From assembly GCA_025934135.1 (NCBI GenBank), contig JAICYR010000001.1, forward strand, positions 16,117 to 80,116: 64,000 nucleotides of DNA, in the 5' to 3' direction. The stretch comes from Acidobacteriaceae bacterium (GTDB lineage Bacteria > Acidobacteriota > Terriglobia > Terriglobales > Acidobacteriaceae). The translations under genes were made by a program, and so were the position numbers. Below are positions 1 to 10,018 of the stretch, piece by piece; position 1 is the stretch's first letter; every line of letters begins with the position of its first letter. The notes below the pieces were generated by a model. It had not been told where the DNA came from and made no database searches. It saw only the letters and a list, made by a program, of their open reading frames with translations.

Positions 1-1471
1 GCGCGCCTTCCAGCGCAATGGGGTAATGAATGCCGCGCCCGAGAAAGAGAAAATCGCGCGCGGTGGAATAGGTCTTCGCAAGCTGCTCGCAGACAGTATC
101 CGCCGTAGCGAGCGCGTCGCTCACCTTACCCGGCAGCAGGCTCAGGCCTTCAAGCAAAGCCTTGCTCTCGCTTTCGGAAATCGTCCCGCGCGTCTGCGCC
201 AGATGCACGGCGAACAGGAAGATGGCCACCAGTTGCGCGGTGAAGGCTTTGGTAGAGGCGACGCCGATCTCCGGCCCGGCGTGCGTATAGATGGCCCCGT
301 GCGCCTCGCGCTCGATCATCGCTCCAACCACGTTGCAAATCGCAATTGTCTTTGACCCTTTGGCGATCATCTCGCGTTGCGCCGCGATGGTGTCGGCAGT
401 CTCGCCGGATTGCGTAATCAGGAGCCCAATGGCTGTGGGGTCGGCGATGGGGTCGCGGTAGCGGTATTCGCTGGCGTAGTCCACTTCAACCGGAACGCGA
501 GCCAGCCGCTCGATCATGAATTTGCCCGCCGTGGCCGCATGCCAACTGGTGCCGCAAGCGGCGATGTTGATCTTTCCGGCGCGGCGAAATTCCTCGTCGG
601 AAATTTTCATCTCGTTCAGAAACACCTTGCCCGAATCGAGCGATACACGGCTGAGAGTGGTGTCGCGAATGGCGCGCGGCTGCTCAAAGATTTCCTTGAG
701 CATGAAGTGCTTGTAACCGCCTTTTTCCGCCTGGATCGGGTCCCATGTGATGCGCTGCACCTGGCGCTCGATGGGGTTGCCGTCGAGATCGGTCAGCGCG
801 ACACCGTTGCGGGTGAGCGTGGCCACATCGCCATCAGCAAGGAAGTAAAGGTTGCGTGTGTGGTGCAGAATTCCCGGCACGTCCGAGGCGACGAAGTACT
901 CTCCCTCGCCCAGGCCCACCACCACCGGAGGGCCGCTGCGCGCGACCACGATCGTGTCCGGCTCGTCCGCGCAGAGTACGCTGATGGCGTATGCTCCGTT
1001 GAGACGCCGGGCAGCGCGGCGCACAGCCTGCTCAAGCGGCATGGGTTTGCCGGAGGCCAGCTCCTGCTCCACCAGATGCGCGATGACTTCCGTATCGGTC
1101 TCAGTTACGAATTTATGGCCCTGCGCGGCGAGTTCCTGCTTGAGGGCTAGATAATTCTCCACAATGCCGTTGTGGACCACCACCACGCGTCCGGTGCAGT
1201 CGCGGTGCGGGTGCGCGTTTTCCTCGGTGGGACGACCATGTGTCGCCCAGCGGGTATGGCCAATTCCATAAGTGCCTTCCAGCGGATGCTGGCGGATGAC
1301 TTCTTCCAGGTTCCTCAGCTTGCCGGGAGCGCGGCGCAGCGCGAACCCGTCTCCGTTGCCGCCCACGGCAATGCCCGCCGAGTCGTAGCCGCGATACTCC
1401 AGCCGCCGCAGCCCATCAATAATGAGGGGAACAACCTGCTTGCTGCCGACATAGCCGACGATTCCGCACAT
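1..1471 (-). CDS. glmS: Glutamine--fructose-6-phosphate aminotransferase (isomerizing), 3' end outside window
   Basis: Minus strand reads [33 protein letters not shown]..., then GHTRWATHG and HNGIVENY. It has the N-terminal Cys nucleophile of Ntn amidotransferases. The ORF runs off the window, so it is absent from the ORF track. Confidence 0.95.
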   Translation of the reverse strand, partial: MCGIVGYVGSKQVVPLIIDGLRRLEYRGYDSAGIAVGGNGDGFALRRAPGKLRNLEEVIRQHPLEGTYGIGHTRWATHGRPTEENAHPHRDCTGRVVVVHNGIVENYLALKQELAAQGHKFVTETDTEVIAHLVEQELASGKPMPLEQAVRRAARRLNGAYAISVLCADEPDTIVVARSGPPVVVGLGEGEYFVASDVPGILHHTRNLYFLADGDVATLTRNGVALTDLDGNPIERQVQRITWDPIQAEKGGYKHFMLKEIFEQPRAIRDTTLSRVSLDSGKVFLNEMKISDEEFRRAGKINIAACGTSWHAATAGKFMIERLARVPVEVDYASEYRYRDPIADPTAIGLLITQSGETADTIAAQREMIAKGSKTIAICNVVGAMIEREAHGAIYTHAGPEIGVASTKAFTAQLVAIFLFAVHLAQTRGTISESESKALLEGLSLLPGKVSDALATADTVCEQLAKTYSTARDFLFLGRGIHYPIALEGA

Positions 1472-1507
1472 GGACTGCTCCTGTTGGTCCCGGCCCGGCG
1501 CGCGAAG

Positions 1508-1759
1508 CTACTGGCCGTCTTCGAGATGGAAACGAAATTCTTCAATCACGGGATTGGTGAGCACGTCGCGGGCGATGCGCTCCACCTCGGCCTGGGCAGC
1601 GGCGCGGTCCAGCCCGTTGTCCAACCGCAGGACAAAATACTTGCCCTGCCGCACGTCCTCGACGCCGCGATACTGCATTTTCCTGAGCGCGTTGTGAATC
1701 GCCTGCCCCTGCGGATCAAGCACTGTCTGCTTCGGCGTGACATATACGTAAGCCTTCAT
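1508..1759 (-). CDS. purS: Phosphoribosylformylglycinamidine synthase subunit PurS
   Basis: 83 aa with VLDPQG, VRQGK and LTNPVIE motifs typical of PurS. Confidence 0.93.
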   Translation of the reverse strand: MKAYVYVTPKQTVLDPQGQAIHNALRKMQYRGVEDVRQGKYFVLRLDNGLDRAAAQAEVERIARDVLTNPVIEEFRFHLEDGQ

Positions 1760-1800
1760 TTCGCTTGATTATAAATGCTGCGCCCGCTCTGGTTCGGACA

Positions 1801-1832
1801 AGAAAACGCCCCGGCGCGGACACACCGGGGCG
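1801..1832 (-). terminator. Rho-independent terminator of the 1858-2655 gene
   Basis: 8-bp GC stem CGCCCCGG/CCGGGGCG (1807-1832) followed on the minus strand by TTTTCT. Confidence 0.6.
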
Positions 1833-1857
1833 CGAAAGCAGGTCGGGGATAAAAAGA

Positions 1858-2655
1858 CTAGGAGGCTTTCCGTCGCCGCGCGTCTTCCGCCGGAATGTAG
1901 CCCGGATACACGCGATGCATTTCGCCGAATACGTCCACCTGTTCTCCGGTGTCGCGTGCTTCCTCCACAGCGACCGGCCCGGAATCGTACCGGATGGTCC
2001 CGTGGTTCCGCTCCATGATTTGCTCGGCCGCCGGGGTCCTCTGCCCGGCCTTGACTGTGACGACCGCCCCGCCGCGCCGCAGCTCGCCCGACAGCCGCCG
2101 CGCATGGTCGGGAGGAATCCCCATTCCGGCAAACGAATTCTCAAACGCGGAACCGGAATAGGCGTAGCTCCCGGCCGCACGCCCGCCTTGCTCTGGAGCA
2201 AGCTCGCTGGGCAGTTCGCGTGGCAGGTCAGGAGGAATCTCGCTGCCGGTGATCGGCCCCGGACGGCTTGCGCCAGCGAACGGGGTCCCGCCGCCCGTAA
2301 ACAGCCCCCACGGGCTTACGGCCTGGGTGTCGGAAGTGGCACCCGCCGGGTTCAATTCCTGATTTCCCTGAAAGCGAAGCGGAAAGCCTCCCACATCTTC
2401 GCCCGAGCCTGGCGCGCGCGTGGAAGGAAAGGTCGCCGCTGTGGCGGTGGAGGAGGCCCGGGACTCCTGCCCCGCTGATCGGCCGGCATTCGCCGACCCG
2501 CTGTGGTACGCCGCCCCAATTTCGTTGATCGAAAATCCGTCGTCCACCAGTTCATGGATCGCGTTGGTTGCATCGTCGGCGCTGGCGAAGTATCCCGCCA
2601 CCGTTTCTCTTACCTGTCCGGTTCGGTCCGCATTGCTCCAGTTGCTGCTTGACAT
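1858..2655 (-). CDS. Hypothetical protein (general stress protein-like)
   Basis: Likely start MSSSNW at 2655. VAGYF..A..AI.EL...GF and GMGIP..HAR...LRRGGAVVTV segments resemble YflT/stress-type proteins. Confidence 0.5.
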   Translation of the reverse strand: MSSSNWSNADRTGQVRETVAGYFASADDATNAIHELVDDGFSINEIGAAYHSGSANAGRSAGQESRASSTATAATFPSTRAPGSGEDVGGFPLRFQGNQELNPAGATSDTQAVSPWGLFTGGGTPFAGASRPGPITGSEIPPDLPRELPSELAPEQGGRAAGSYAYSGSAFENSFAGMGIPPDHARRLSGELRRGGAVVTVKAGQRTPAAEQIMERNHGTIRYDSGPVAVEEARDTGEQVDVFGEMHRVYPGYIPAEDARRRKAS

Positions 2656-2815
2656 AGCTCCGTTACCCCACGGCTCTTGAATTCGAGCGGCGATGGGCGC
2701 ACCCATACCGCCACTCTTATGTACGATGCAAGAGGCCGGGGCGCGCGGGCGTGGGAAGGCGCAAAAGTGAGCGCCGGGGTGGCTAAAATCCACCTCTGTC
2801 CGCCATAAATGCTTC

Positions 2816-2946
2816 GGTTGCGCTTCGCGTCAGCGGGCGGTTGCGCTATGCGTCAGGGGGTGGTTGCGCTATGCGTCAGGGGTGGTTGTGCTATGCGTCA
2901 GGGGGTGGTTGTGCTATGCGTCAGGGGGTGGTTCGGCGCTGACGCG
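2816..2946. repeat. About five tandem copies of a 22-23-bp unit bracketed by a 10-bp inverted repeat
   Basis: Units GGTTGyGCTATGCGTCAGGGG(G)T start at 2816 (degenerate), 2839, 2862, 2884 and 2907. CGCGTCAGCG (2826-2835) pairs with CGCTGACGCG (2937-2946). Confidence 0.85.
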
Positions 2947-2976
2947 GTTTCCTATATACTCGTGAAAGACCGAGCT

Positions 2977-3069
2977 GGAGAGATGGCCGAGTGGCTGAAG
3001 GCGGCGGTTTGCTAAACCGTTATAGGGTCAAAAGCTCTATCGGGGGTTCGAATCCCCCTCTCTCCGCCA
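2977..3069 (+). tRNA. tRNA-Ser(GCT)
   Basis: GGAGAGATGGCCGAGTGG start, anticodon arm GCGGT-TTGCTAA-ACCGT, long variable arm, GGTTCGAATCC T-loop, encoded CCA. Confidence 0.97.
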
Positions 3070-3460
3070 GCAACCCTTCCTAAGACATCCAAAGAAATCC
3101 AAACGTAGCGAATGAACCCCAGTAAAAACTGGGGTTTCGTGTTTTTCTGATGCAGGACTGGGCGGATTTTCTGGAGCTACCCAGCGCGGTAGGAAGCTAC
3201 TTCCCTTTCGTGGATCTGCCGCGTAGGAATATTGGCTGTGCTTTGGAGCCGTTTGCGGACCTAAGCGCGCACAGGTGCTAGGCTTATCGTCAGCAATTGT
3301 AGTTAGTTTTGCGCATGAGACACCGCGCCATTCGCAGCACAAATAGCGGAACGCTAGTGCGATGTGCAGGTTTCGAATTCAAATGAAAAACCCGGTTGGA
3401 AGCGTTTTGAAAGCTCTCCGGGTAAGTGGTTCACAGGTTTCCGATGCTCCCGGAGGGGCC

Positions 3461-4639
3461 ATGCACAGGAGGAAATTCATAGGAATAAGTGTGGCTGGCG
3501 CTTTTGCCAGCATAGCTTCGGCCACGGGAACTCGGCCGGACCCGCCGCAGGGGGTTTCGACCCCAGAAGAGCAGCAGGATTCGCCGCAGGGAAAGATTCG
3601 CACTTACTACGTCGCGGCTGATGAAGTCGAATGGGACTACGCGCCGGGCAGCATAAACGGGTTCACCGGCAAGCCGTTCGAGGGCGTCGCTGCGAACTTT
3701 GTCAACAGCGGGCCACACCGGATCGGGAAGGTATACCGAAAGGCGGTCTATCGCGAATACACCGATGACACGTTCAGGCACCTGAAGCCGCGCTCCTCGG
3801 AGGATGCCTACCTGGGCATCTTGGGACCGTCGCTGCGGGCCGAAGTAGGTGACACCATTCGAGTGGTTTTCAAGAACAATGCCTCGCGACCGTACAGCAT
3901 GCATCCTCACGGCGTCTTTTACGACAAAGCGTCGGAAGGGGCCCTGTATCACGATGGCGTGCCGATGGCCAAAAAGCCGGGCGGGGCTGTGCCCCCCGGC
4001 GGCGGAAACGTTTATACCTGGCCGGTTCCGGAGCGCGCTGGCCCGGGGCCGAACGATCCCAGTTCCGTGGGCTGGTTATACCACTCGCACGTGGAGGAAA
4101 TGCGAGATACCGACAGCGGTCTTGCGGGCTTCATCTCCGTCACGCGGCGCGGGATGGCACGACCCGACGGCACACCCAAAGACGTGGATCGAGAATTTTT
4201 CAGCTTGTATCTGATGTACAACGAGAATCAAAGCTGGTATCTCGAACACAACATCAACACCTACTGTGGCGACCCGAAAGGCGTGAACAAATTAAAATCT
4301 GGGCCCCTTATCGAAGGAACCACCTTCAAGACCTCTAATTTCATGTGCGCCATCAACGGGTACTTGTATTGCACCATGCCTTTAATGGCAGCCCGGCAGG
4401 GTAAGCGAGTGCGGTGGTACGTCGCAACGATGGGCGATTTCAACAACTATCACACAGCCCACTGGCACGGTAATACGGTGCTCCTGAACGGCTCGCGCAC
4501 AGATGTCCTCTCCCTCGCTCCTGCGCAAACGTTGACTGTGGATATGGTGCCGGATAATCCAGGCATCTGGCTCTACCATTGCCATGTGTCCGGCCATATG
4601 GAGATGGGAATGGATGTGTATTACCAGATTCTGGCCTGA
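3461..4639 (+). CDS. Tat-exported two-domain multicopper oxidase (ceruloplasmin-like)
   Basis: Twin-arginine signal MHRRKFI after GGAGG. Copper motifs HPHG, YHSH, HTAHWHG and HCHVSGHMEMGM. Confidence 0.88.
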   Translation: MHRRKFIGISVAGAFASIASATGTRPDPPQGVSTPEEQQDSPQGKIRTYYVAADEVEWDYAPGSINGFTGKPFEGVAANFVNSGPHRIGKVYRKAVYREYTDDTFRHLKPRSSEDAYLGILGPSLRAEVGDTIRVVFKNNASRPYSMHPHGVFYDKASEGALYHDGVPMAKKPGGAVPPGGGNVYTWPVPERAGPGPNDPSSVGWLYHSHVEEMRDTDSGLAGFISVTRRGMARPDGTPKDVDREFFSLYLMYNENQSWYLEHNINTYCGDPKGVNKLKSGPLIEGTTFKTSNFMCAINGYLYCTMPLMAARQGKRVRWYVATMGDFNNYHTAHWHGNTVLLNGSRTDVLSLAPAQTLTVDMVPDNPGIWLYHCHVSGHMEMGMDVYYQILA

Positions 4640-4763
4640 GCGCCTGAGGAGGGCCCGGCCGCTCCAAACTGCATCCACCGCCATAGCGCCGCCATGCGGC
4701 GCCGCGCCGTCTACGCTGATCTCTTGTCTCACCCTCTTTCTTCGGTTTTAATGGAGTTTCCGC

Positions 4764-6917
4764 ATGAAGATCACTCCGTACTCCTGGGCGCCTGTTCTCC
4801 TTATAATGTCTGGACTCATCTGGTCCGCGCCTCTTGCGCAGGCGCAGAACGTCGGCTCCGCAAAGACCGTGAAGAATGCGAGTCTACAGGCCATCATCAA
4901 ATCCGGCGGCGCGTATGAGCTGGACTTGCCCGCGAACGGATGGAAGCTGGAGGGCAGGCTTCCCGGCGCAACCAGCGCTCCGCGCAAGTCAACCGGCAGG
5001 GACAGAATCGGAACCTTCCATCAAATCAGTACTTCCTTCCTGAATGGGAAGAGGACGGCGCAGATTCGTGTTTACGACTCCCTTCCCATTGCGCTTTTCA
5101 GGGACGAGTGGAGAAGCGGCGGGGAGAATGCGGCCCCCTTCCCGGCTTTCAAAACGCTGCCGCAGGGAGCTTACCGGCTGTCGTTTCAGCAGAAAGCCTT
5201 CGGCCACTATCAGTTTGGCAAGCTCGGGCCGCAGGGGCCTTGGATGCTCTTCGATAAGCAGGACCACGCCATCGTTCTATCGCCTGCCGATCACTTCCTG
5301 GTCTCAACCATGAGCGAACCGCCCGATGGTCCGGCGGTGAGCGGAATTGATTCCGCGATCAGGGAGATGCCGGCCGGATTTACTCACAGCACGCTGGTTG
5401 TCGCCGGAAACGGCGTGAATCAGGCTTTTGCAACTTGGGGACGGGCCCTGCTGGCGTTGGGCGGAAAGCGGAGGCCCGCAAACAATGCCGACGCAACGCT
5501 GGCGAAGCTCGGCTACTGGACCGATAACCAGACGACTTATTACTACAAGTTTGTTCCAAACCTCAGCTATGCGGGAACACTGCTCGCCGTGCGCGACGAG
5601 TTCACCAAGTTGGGCGTGCCGCTCGGCTACATGCAGTTGGATAGTTGGTTTTATCCCAAGGGGCCGCAGTTTCGCTGGAACGCGGGCGGCTCAACGCTGC
5701 AATGGGGCGAAGACGAGTACCGCGCCGACAAGACGCTTTTTCCGCGTGGGCTTGCCGCCTTCCACCGCGAGCTCGGGCTTCCGCTGGTGACGCACGCGCG
5801 ATGGGTCTCGCCGCAAAGCCCCTATCATCAGGAATTCAAGATGTCCGGGAATGTGGTGATCGATCCAAAGTTTTGGCGCGGGACCGCCGACTATCTGCAC
5901 CAGGCCGGAGTGGTCACTTATGAGCAGGATTGGCTGGACAAAAATGCGCACACGGAAGTGAACCTCACCGATCCTCCCGCCTTTCTCGGAGAAATGTCCC
6001 GGAGCATGGCCGCCAGACTCAGCATCCAGTACTGTATGCCTTTGCCCGGCGATTACATGGCAAGCACGCTGTACTCCAATGTTCAGACGATTCGGACCAG
6101 CGACGATGGCTTTGAACGCGGCAAATGGGATGAATTCCTCTACGACTCGCGCCTGGCGACGGCGGTTGGGCTCTGGCCGTGGACTGACGCATTCTTCAGC
6201 AAAGACCTGGGCAATCTGGTGATCTCCACATTGTCGGCGGGGCCGGTTGGCGTGGGCGACGCCCTCGGCGGTGTCAACGTCAAAAACCTGCTCGCCACTG
6301 TCCGCAAAGATGGCGCGCTCATCAAGCCCGATACATCGTTGCTGCCAATCGATGCTGTCTACCACAGCGATGCCGCGGGCGACCGCGCGCCGATGATCGC
6401 GACGGCCGCGACGAATTTCGGCAATGTGAAGATCCACTATGTTTTCGCATATCCCCGGCAGCCTTCCAACTCGGAGGTGACCGTGCCCCTTCAGGAATTG
6501 GGCATCTCCGGCTCCGTGTATGCGTACAACTGGGTCACGCATCAGGGGAGGACCATTCCAGCGAACGGCAGCCTGCATATGGAGTTCACGGATGGATGGG
6601 CCTATCAGGTGCTGACGCCCGTAACTCGCGGCGGTCTGGCATTGCTGGGCGAAGCGGACAAAATTGCCCCGCTGGGCAGGGCCCGCGTTGCATCCTTATC
6701 GGAGAGTGGGAATGCCCTATCTGCCACCATTCAGTTCGCTAAGGATGAAGCGCCGCAGACGATCTCCGGCTACGCCTTGCATCGTCCCAGGGTCAAAGCC
6801 CTGTCCGGAATTGCCACAGATGTGAAGTATGACGAAGCTACCCACATCTTCACATTCGAGGTTGGTCCCGGCAAGTCGCAGACGGCGAGAATCAAGCTCT
6901 ACGCTCACCGAGAGTAG
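4764..6917 (+). CDS. Secreted glycoside hydrolase-like protein (possible clan GH-D TIM barrel)
   Basis: Signal peptide. YMQLDSWFY, YEQDWL and RTSDD resemble the spacing of GH27/36 catalytic Asp motifs. Confidence 0.5.
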   Translation: MKITPYSWAPVLLIMSGLIWSAPLAQAQNVGSAKTVKNASLQAIIKSGGAYELDLPANGWKLEGRLPGATSAPRKSTGRDRIGTFHQISTSFLNGKRTAQIRVYDSLPIALFRDEWRSGGENAAPFPAFKTLPQGAYRLSFQQKAFGHYQFGKLGPQGPWMLFDKQDHAIVLSPADHFLVSTMSEPPDGPAVSGIDSAIREMPAGFTHSTLVVAGNGVNQAFATWGRALLALGGKRRPANNADATLAKLGYWTDNQTTYYYKFVPNLSYAGTLLAVRDEFTKLGVPLGYMQLDSWFYPKGPQFRWNAGGSTLQWGEDEYRADKTLFPRGLAAFHRELGLPLVTHARWVSPQSPYHQEFKMSGNVVIDPKFWRGTADYLHQAGVVTYEQDWLDKNAHTEVNLTDPPAFLGEMSRSMAARLSIQYCMPLPGDYMASTLYSNVQTIRTSDDGFERGKWDEFLYDSRLATAVGLWPWTDAFFSKDLGNLVISTLSAGPVGVGDALGGVNVKNLLATVRKDGALIKPDTSLLPIDAVYHSDAAGDRAPMIATAATNFGNVKIHYVFAYPRQPSNSEVTVPLQELGISGSVYAYNWVTHQGRTIPANGSLHMEFTDGWAYQVLTPVTRGGLALLGEADKIAPLGRARVASLSESGNALSATIQFAKDEAPQTISGYALHRPRVKALSGIATDVKYDEATHIFTFEVGPGKSQTARIKLYAHRE

Positions 6918-6922
6918 CAGTT

Positions 6923-7810
6923 TTACTTCATTCCCTTGCCGCAGGCGCCCGCCAGCGGAGACGATCCGCCCGGGAGAAACTCCTTCACGACCTGGAGCAT
7001 CGGATTTTCCTCCGCCGTGAGCGGCAACTGCCACACGATCACGCCGTCGGAATAGGTGCAGCCAAGCGTCGTCGATTCTCGAAGAATCTTCGGCTTTGGG
7101 AACCCTTGCTTATGCCACGAAGTTGAATGCGCATAGACCCCGGAGTACACGGGAAAGCGTCCATCCGCGATGACCTTGCCGTCGCGCAGAAAGGCGCGCA
7201 GACCGTTATTCTGCTCGATGTTCGTCCACCAAAGCCAAACTCCATCGACGCAGCCGGCCAGGCGCTCCGCTTCAGGAGGGTCGAGATCATAAATAGTTGG
7301 AATGAAGAGCAGGTGGGAATTGACGGCGCGCCCGGCGCGATAAATTTCGCAGAGATAGCTGCGCGTAAACAGCTTGTCGTTGCCGCCCGCGTCCGTGTCG
7401 TCGATGTTCACGCCGCGCAGCACGGGATAATTCAGCGAGAGCCGGGCCAGCACCTTCATCCAGCGCACAAAGTCCTCGCGATACGGCAGGCTGTATCCCT
7501 CGGTGTGAGGAATCAACACCGGCCAGACCTCGATTCCCGCCGCCTGCGCCGCCGGAAGCAGCCGATTGAAATCATCGAAGCTCATGGGAGGCTTCTCTTC
7601 AATGGGCTGAACATAGCATGTGAAGTGATTGGCCTTGAGCAGCCGGATGGTCGCCGCAACATCAAGCTTGTGGTCCTTGTCCTGGATGGGAACGCTCCAC
7701 GAGCATGGAATGGAACCCATCGCGTGCTTCACCGCGGCCAGCGCCGGCAGTTGTAAAGATGCGGCCAGCAGGGCGACAACCGCAAGCCTGCCCCAAATGC
7801 TCTTTGTCAT
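6923..7810 (-). CDS. Secreted hypothetical protein
   Basis: 295 aa with signal peptide, last gene of the minus-strand operon from the TonB receptor, possible TIM-barrel (GVNIDD). Confidence 0.65.
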   Translation of the reverse strand: MTKSIWGRLAVVALLAASLQLPALAAVKHAMGSIPCSWSVPIQDKDHKLDVAATIRLLKANHFTCYVQPIEEKPPMSFDDFNRLLPAAQAAGIEVWPVLIPHTEGYSLPYREDFVRWMKVLARLSLNYPVLRGVNIDDTDAGGNDKLFTRSYLCEIYRAGRAVNSHLLFIPTIYDLDPPEAERLAGCVDGVWLWWTNIEQNNGLRAFLRDGKVIADGRFPVYSGVYAHSTSWHKQGFPKPKILRESTTLGCTYSDGVIVWQLPLTAEENPMLQVVKEFLPGGSSPLAGACGKGMK

Positions 7811-7820
7811 TTCCGACTCC

Positions 7821-10004
7821 TTAGGATTTTCTCAGCAGGCGCAGCAACTGCGGCCGCTCTCGCGGAGCTTCAATGTCAAACGCGATGGCGTCGCCCGTCT
7901 TTTGGAAATCCAGCTTGCGGTTTTCCGTGAGATTGAAAATTTCCTTCACTCCGAATCCCGGATTTTCGATGCGCACGCTTGTCCCGGGCTGCTCGGCTTC
8001 GTGATTGATGACCAGTACATACCCATCCTGCTGGTTCGCCCGCAGGCACGCTTCAATCTCCGGATTGGAAGAGGAGATGTTCGAAACCACGCCCGCATGT
8101 TTCGTAATGGCGCGAAGCAACCGCAACAATGCGGCGCGGGACGCCGCGTCTCCCGTCTGCCATGCGGCGAAATAGGTGTCCTGCATACAGAAGCCAAAAA
8201 GGAACGCCTGCCCTTTTCCGCTCTTTTTGTGAACGAGCGCGGGAGCATCCTTGCCTCCCGCGAGCAGAACTTCTCCCGTTGTGACGCGGCAACCGCGTGG
8301 TCTGACTGCGCGAAATTCGTAGTCCTCGCCCAGCGCGCTTCCCGTGATGATCTCTCCCGAAACGGCATCCTCCGGGTCTCCCGGCTCGGGATGCACAAAC
8401 CAGTGAGGGTCCGTGAGCGACGCGACCCACACGCCGCTGCGCTTTACTTGTCCGGCCTGCGCATCCGCGACACCAAATACGTTCTCCATCACATCCAACG
8501 GCTTCTTGTAGGTATCGAGCGATGGCACGCAGTCGGCAATCACGGTACCTCCGGCGTTGACGAACTCGGCGATCCTCTTCGCGACCTCCTCCGGCAAAAG
8601 TTGAATGTCGAAGAGCACCAGCGCTTCATAGCCGTTGAGATCGGCGCCCTTCACCTGCTCCTCGTGCAGGCAGTCCAACTCGCCGAAAGCCTGACGAAAC
8701 AGCTCATACGCCACCGCGACGTTCCAATACTCCTGCTGTAGCTGAATGTACTGCGTCCGCGGGAACAGGAAGCACGCCTTGGCCTTCACCTTTGGGCACT
8801 TGAGCAGCGCGGCGCCGGCCTTCTGAATCACTTCCAGTCCCCTGCCCAGCGTGTCCCAATGCGCCTGGTCTTCGGGAATGTTGTAGCCGCTGATGAGGAA
8901 GTCCGCGCCCTGCCCCACGGCGGTGTAACAGACCTCGGTTTCTGCCCACGCTTCGGCCTGCAGTTCCGGCCCCATGAACTTTTTGAACCAGCGCCGGTTG
9001 TAGGTCCCAAACCAGAACCCCATGTTTTTGCCGTAGGTATAGGTGAGGTTGCGAAGCTGCTCGAACGCAAAGTGCAACTGGCTCATACGCGGCTTGCGCA
9101 GCTTGCCCATTTCACCGTAGCGGTAATCGAACATCATGTACGGGTAGATATCGAAGACGAAGGTATCGGCGAAGTCCGCGCCCCAGTGGAAGACGTCGTC
9201 CACGGCGACTTTGGAATTCGATCCCACCCCCGCGCCCATCGCACTGTGGCTGTCGTGGGTCATGATGATCTTCGCATCGGGAAGCGCCTGTTTCACCAGC
9301 TTATAGACCTGCCGCCAACCTGCCGGAAACTCATCCGATTGGAAGTTAATCAGATCGAGCCACTGCTTCGGCGACTGGCGCGCGACCTCAAGATCGGTCG
9401 GAATTTCATATCCGAAGCGCTTCCGGAACTCCCGCCGCGCATTTTCGCTGAAGTCGAAGCTCTGCTCTCCGGCGTGAAACGGCTCGTCCTGGTAGCAGAA
9501 CATGTTGTAAAGGTTCGGAAGCCGCGCCGCTTCCGCCAGCACCGGCGCGAGGTTCTTCTTCACAGCATCAGGGTAGCCCGGAGCATAAACCGAAATCGGA
9601 GGCGGAAGATTGCGCCCGAAATTCTCCACTCCGCCTTTGGCAAAGGTGCGGTTGTAGGTAAGGAACATGCCGCGCGAGCGGGCAAAGTCCAGCACATACT
9701 GATTCAGTTCCGGTGAAAGATGGAACGGATACTCAAGCCCGGTCACGCCGTGCGCGAGGATCTGGTCGAGCGCCGCGCGCAGCGCCGCTTTTGCCTGCGA
9801 GTCCGGGACATTCGCCCACGCGCCTCCACCCGGCACCGGCGAAAGCTGCACCGTGATTGGAAAGAATTCCCTGCCGCCCGGCCCAAAGGCCTCGGGACCG
9901 GCTTGGCCGGTGGCCTCGCGACTTTCGGCGGCGAGGCCCATCGGCCATTCCAAGGGAGACACGGCGAGAACTAAAGCTGCATTCAGGAACTGCCGTCGAT
10001 CCAT
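7821..10004 (-). CDS. Tat-exported glycoside hydrolase-like protein with GH42-type trimerisation domain
   Basis: MDRRQFL Tat signal. QDEP and DIYPY motifs. C-terminal YEALVLFD..FVNAGGTVIAD...GKGQAFLFG segment resembles the GH42 middle domain. Confidence 0.6.
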   Translation of the reverse strand: MDRRQFLNAALVLAVSPLEWPMGLAAESREATGQAGPEAFGPGGREFFPITVQLSPVPGGGAWANVPDSQAKAALRAALDQILAHGVTGLEYPFHLSPELNQYVLDFARSRGMFLTYNRTFAKGGVENFGRNLPPPISVYAPGYPDAVKKNLAPVLAEAARLPNLYNMFCYQDEPFHAGEQSFDFSENARREFRKRFGYEIPTDLEVARQSPKQWLDLINFQSDEFPAGWRQVYKLVKQALPDAKIIMTHDSHSAMGAGVGSNSKVAVDDVFHWGADFADTFVFDIYPYMMFDYRYGEMGKLRKPRMSQLHFAFEQLRNLTYTYGKNMGFWFGTYNRRWFKKFMGPELQAEAWAETEVCYTAVGQGADFLISGYNIPEDQAHWDTLGRGLEVIQKAGAALLKCPKVKAKACFLFPRTQYIQLQQEYWNVAVAYELFRQAFGELDCLHEEQVKGADLNGYEALVLFDIQLLPEEVAKRIAEFVNAGGTVIADCVPSLDTYKKPLDVMENVFGVADAQAGQVKRSGVWVASLTDPHWFVHPEPGDPEDAVSGEIITGSALGEDYEFRAVRPRGCRVTTGEVLLAGGKDAPALVHKKSGKGQAFLFGFCMQDTYFAAWQTGDAASRAALLRLLRAITKHAGVVSNISSSNPEIEACLRANQQDGYVLVINHEAEQPGTSVRIENPGFGVKEIFNLTENRKLDFQKTGDAIAFDIEAPRERPQLLRLLRKS

Positions 10005-10018
10005 TCTTCCTCAGCCCG

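Noticed and set aside
1472-1507. glmS ribozyme
   Set aside because: Only 36 bp separate purS and glmS, too short for the ribozyme.
2816-2933. CRISPR-like repeat or the 68-aa ORF 2809-3015
   Set aside because: Repeats are head-to-tail without spacers. The ORF merely translates the repeat and overlaps the tRNA.
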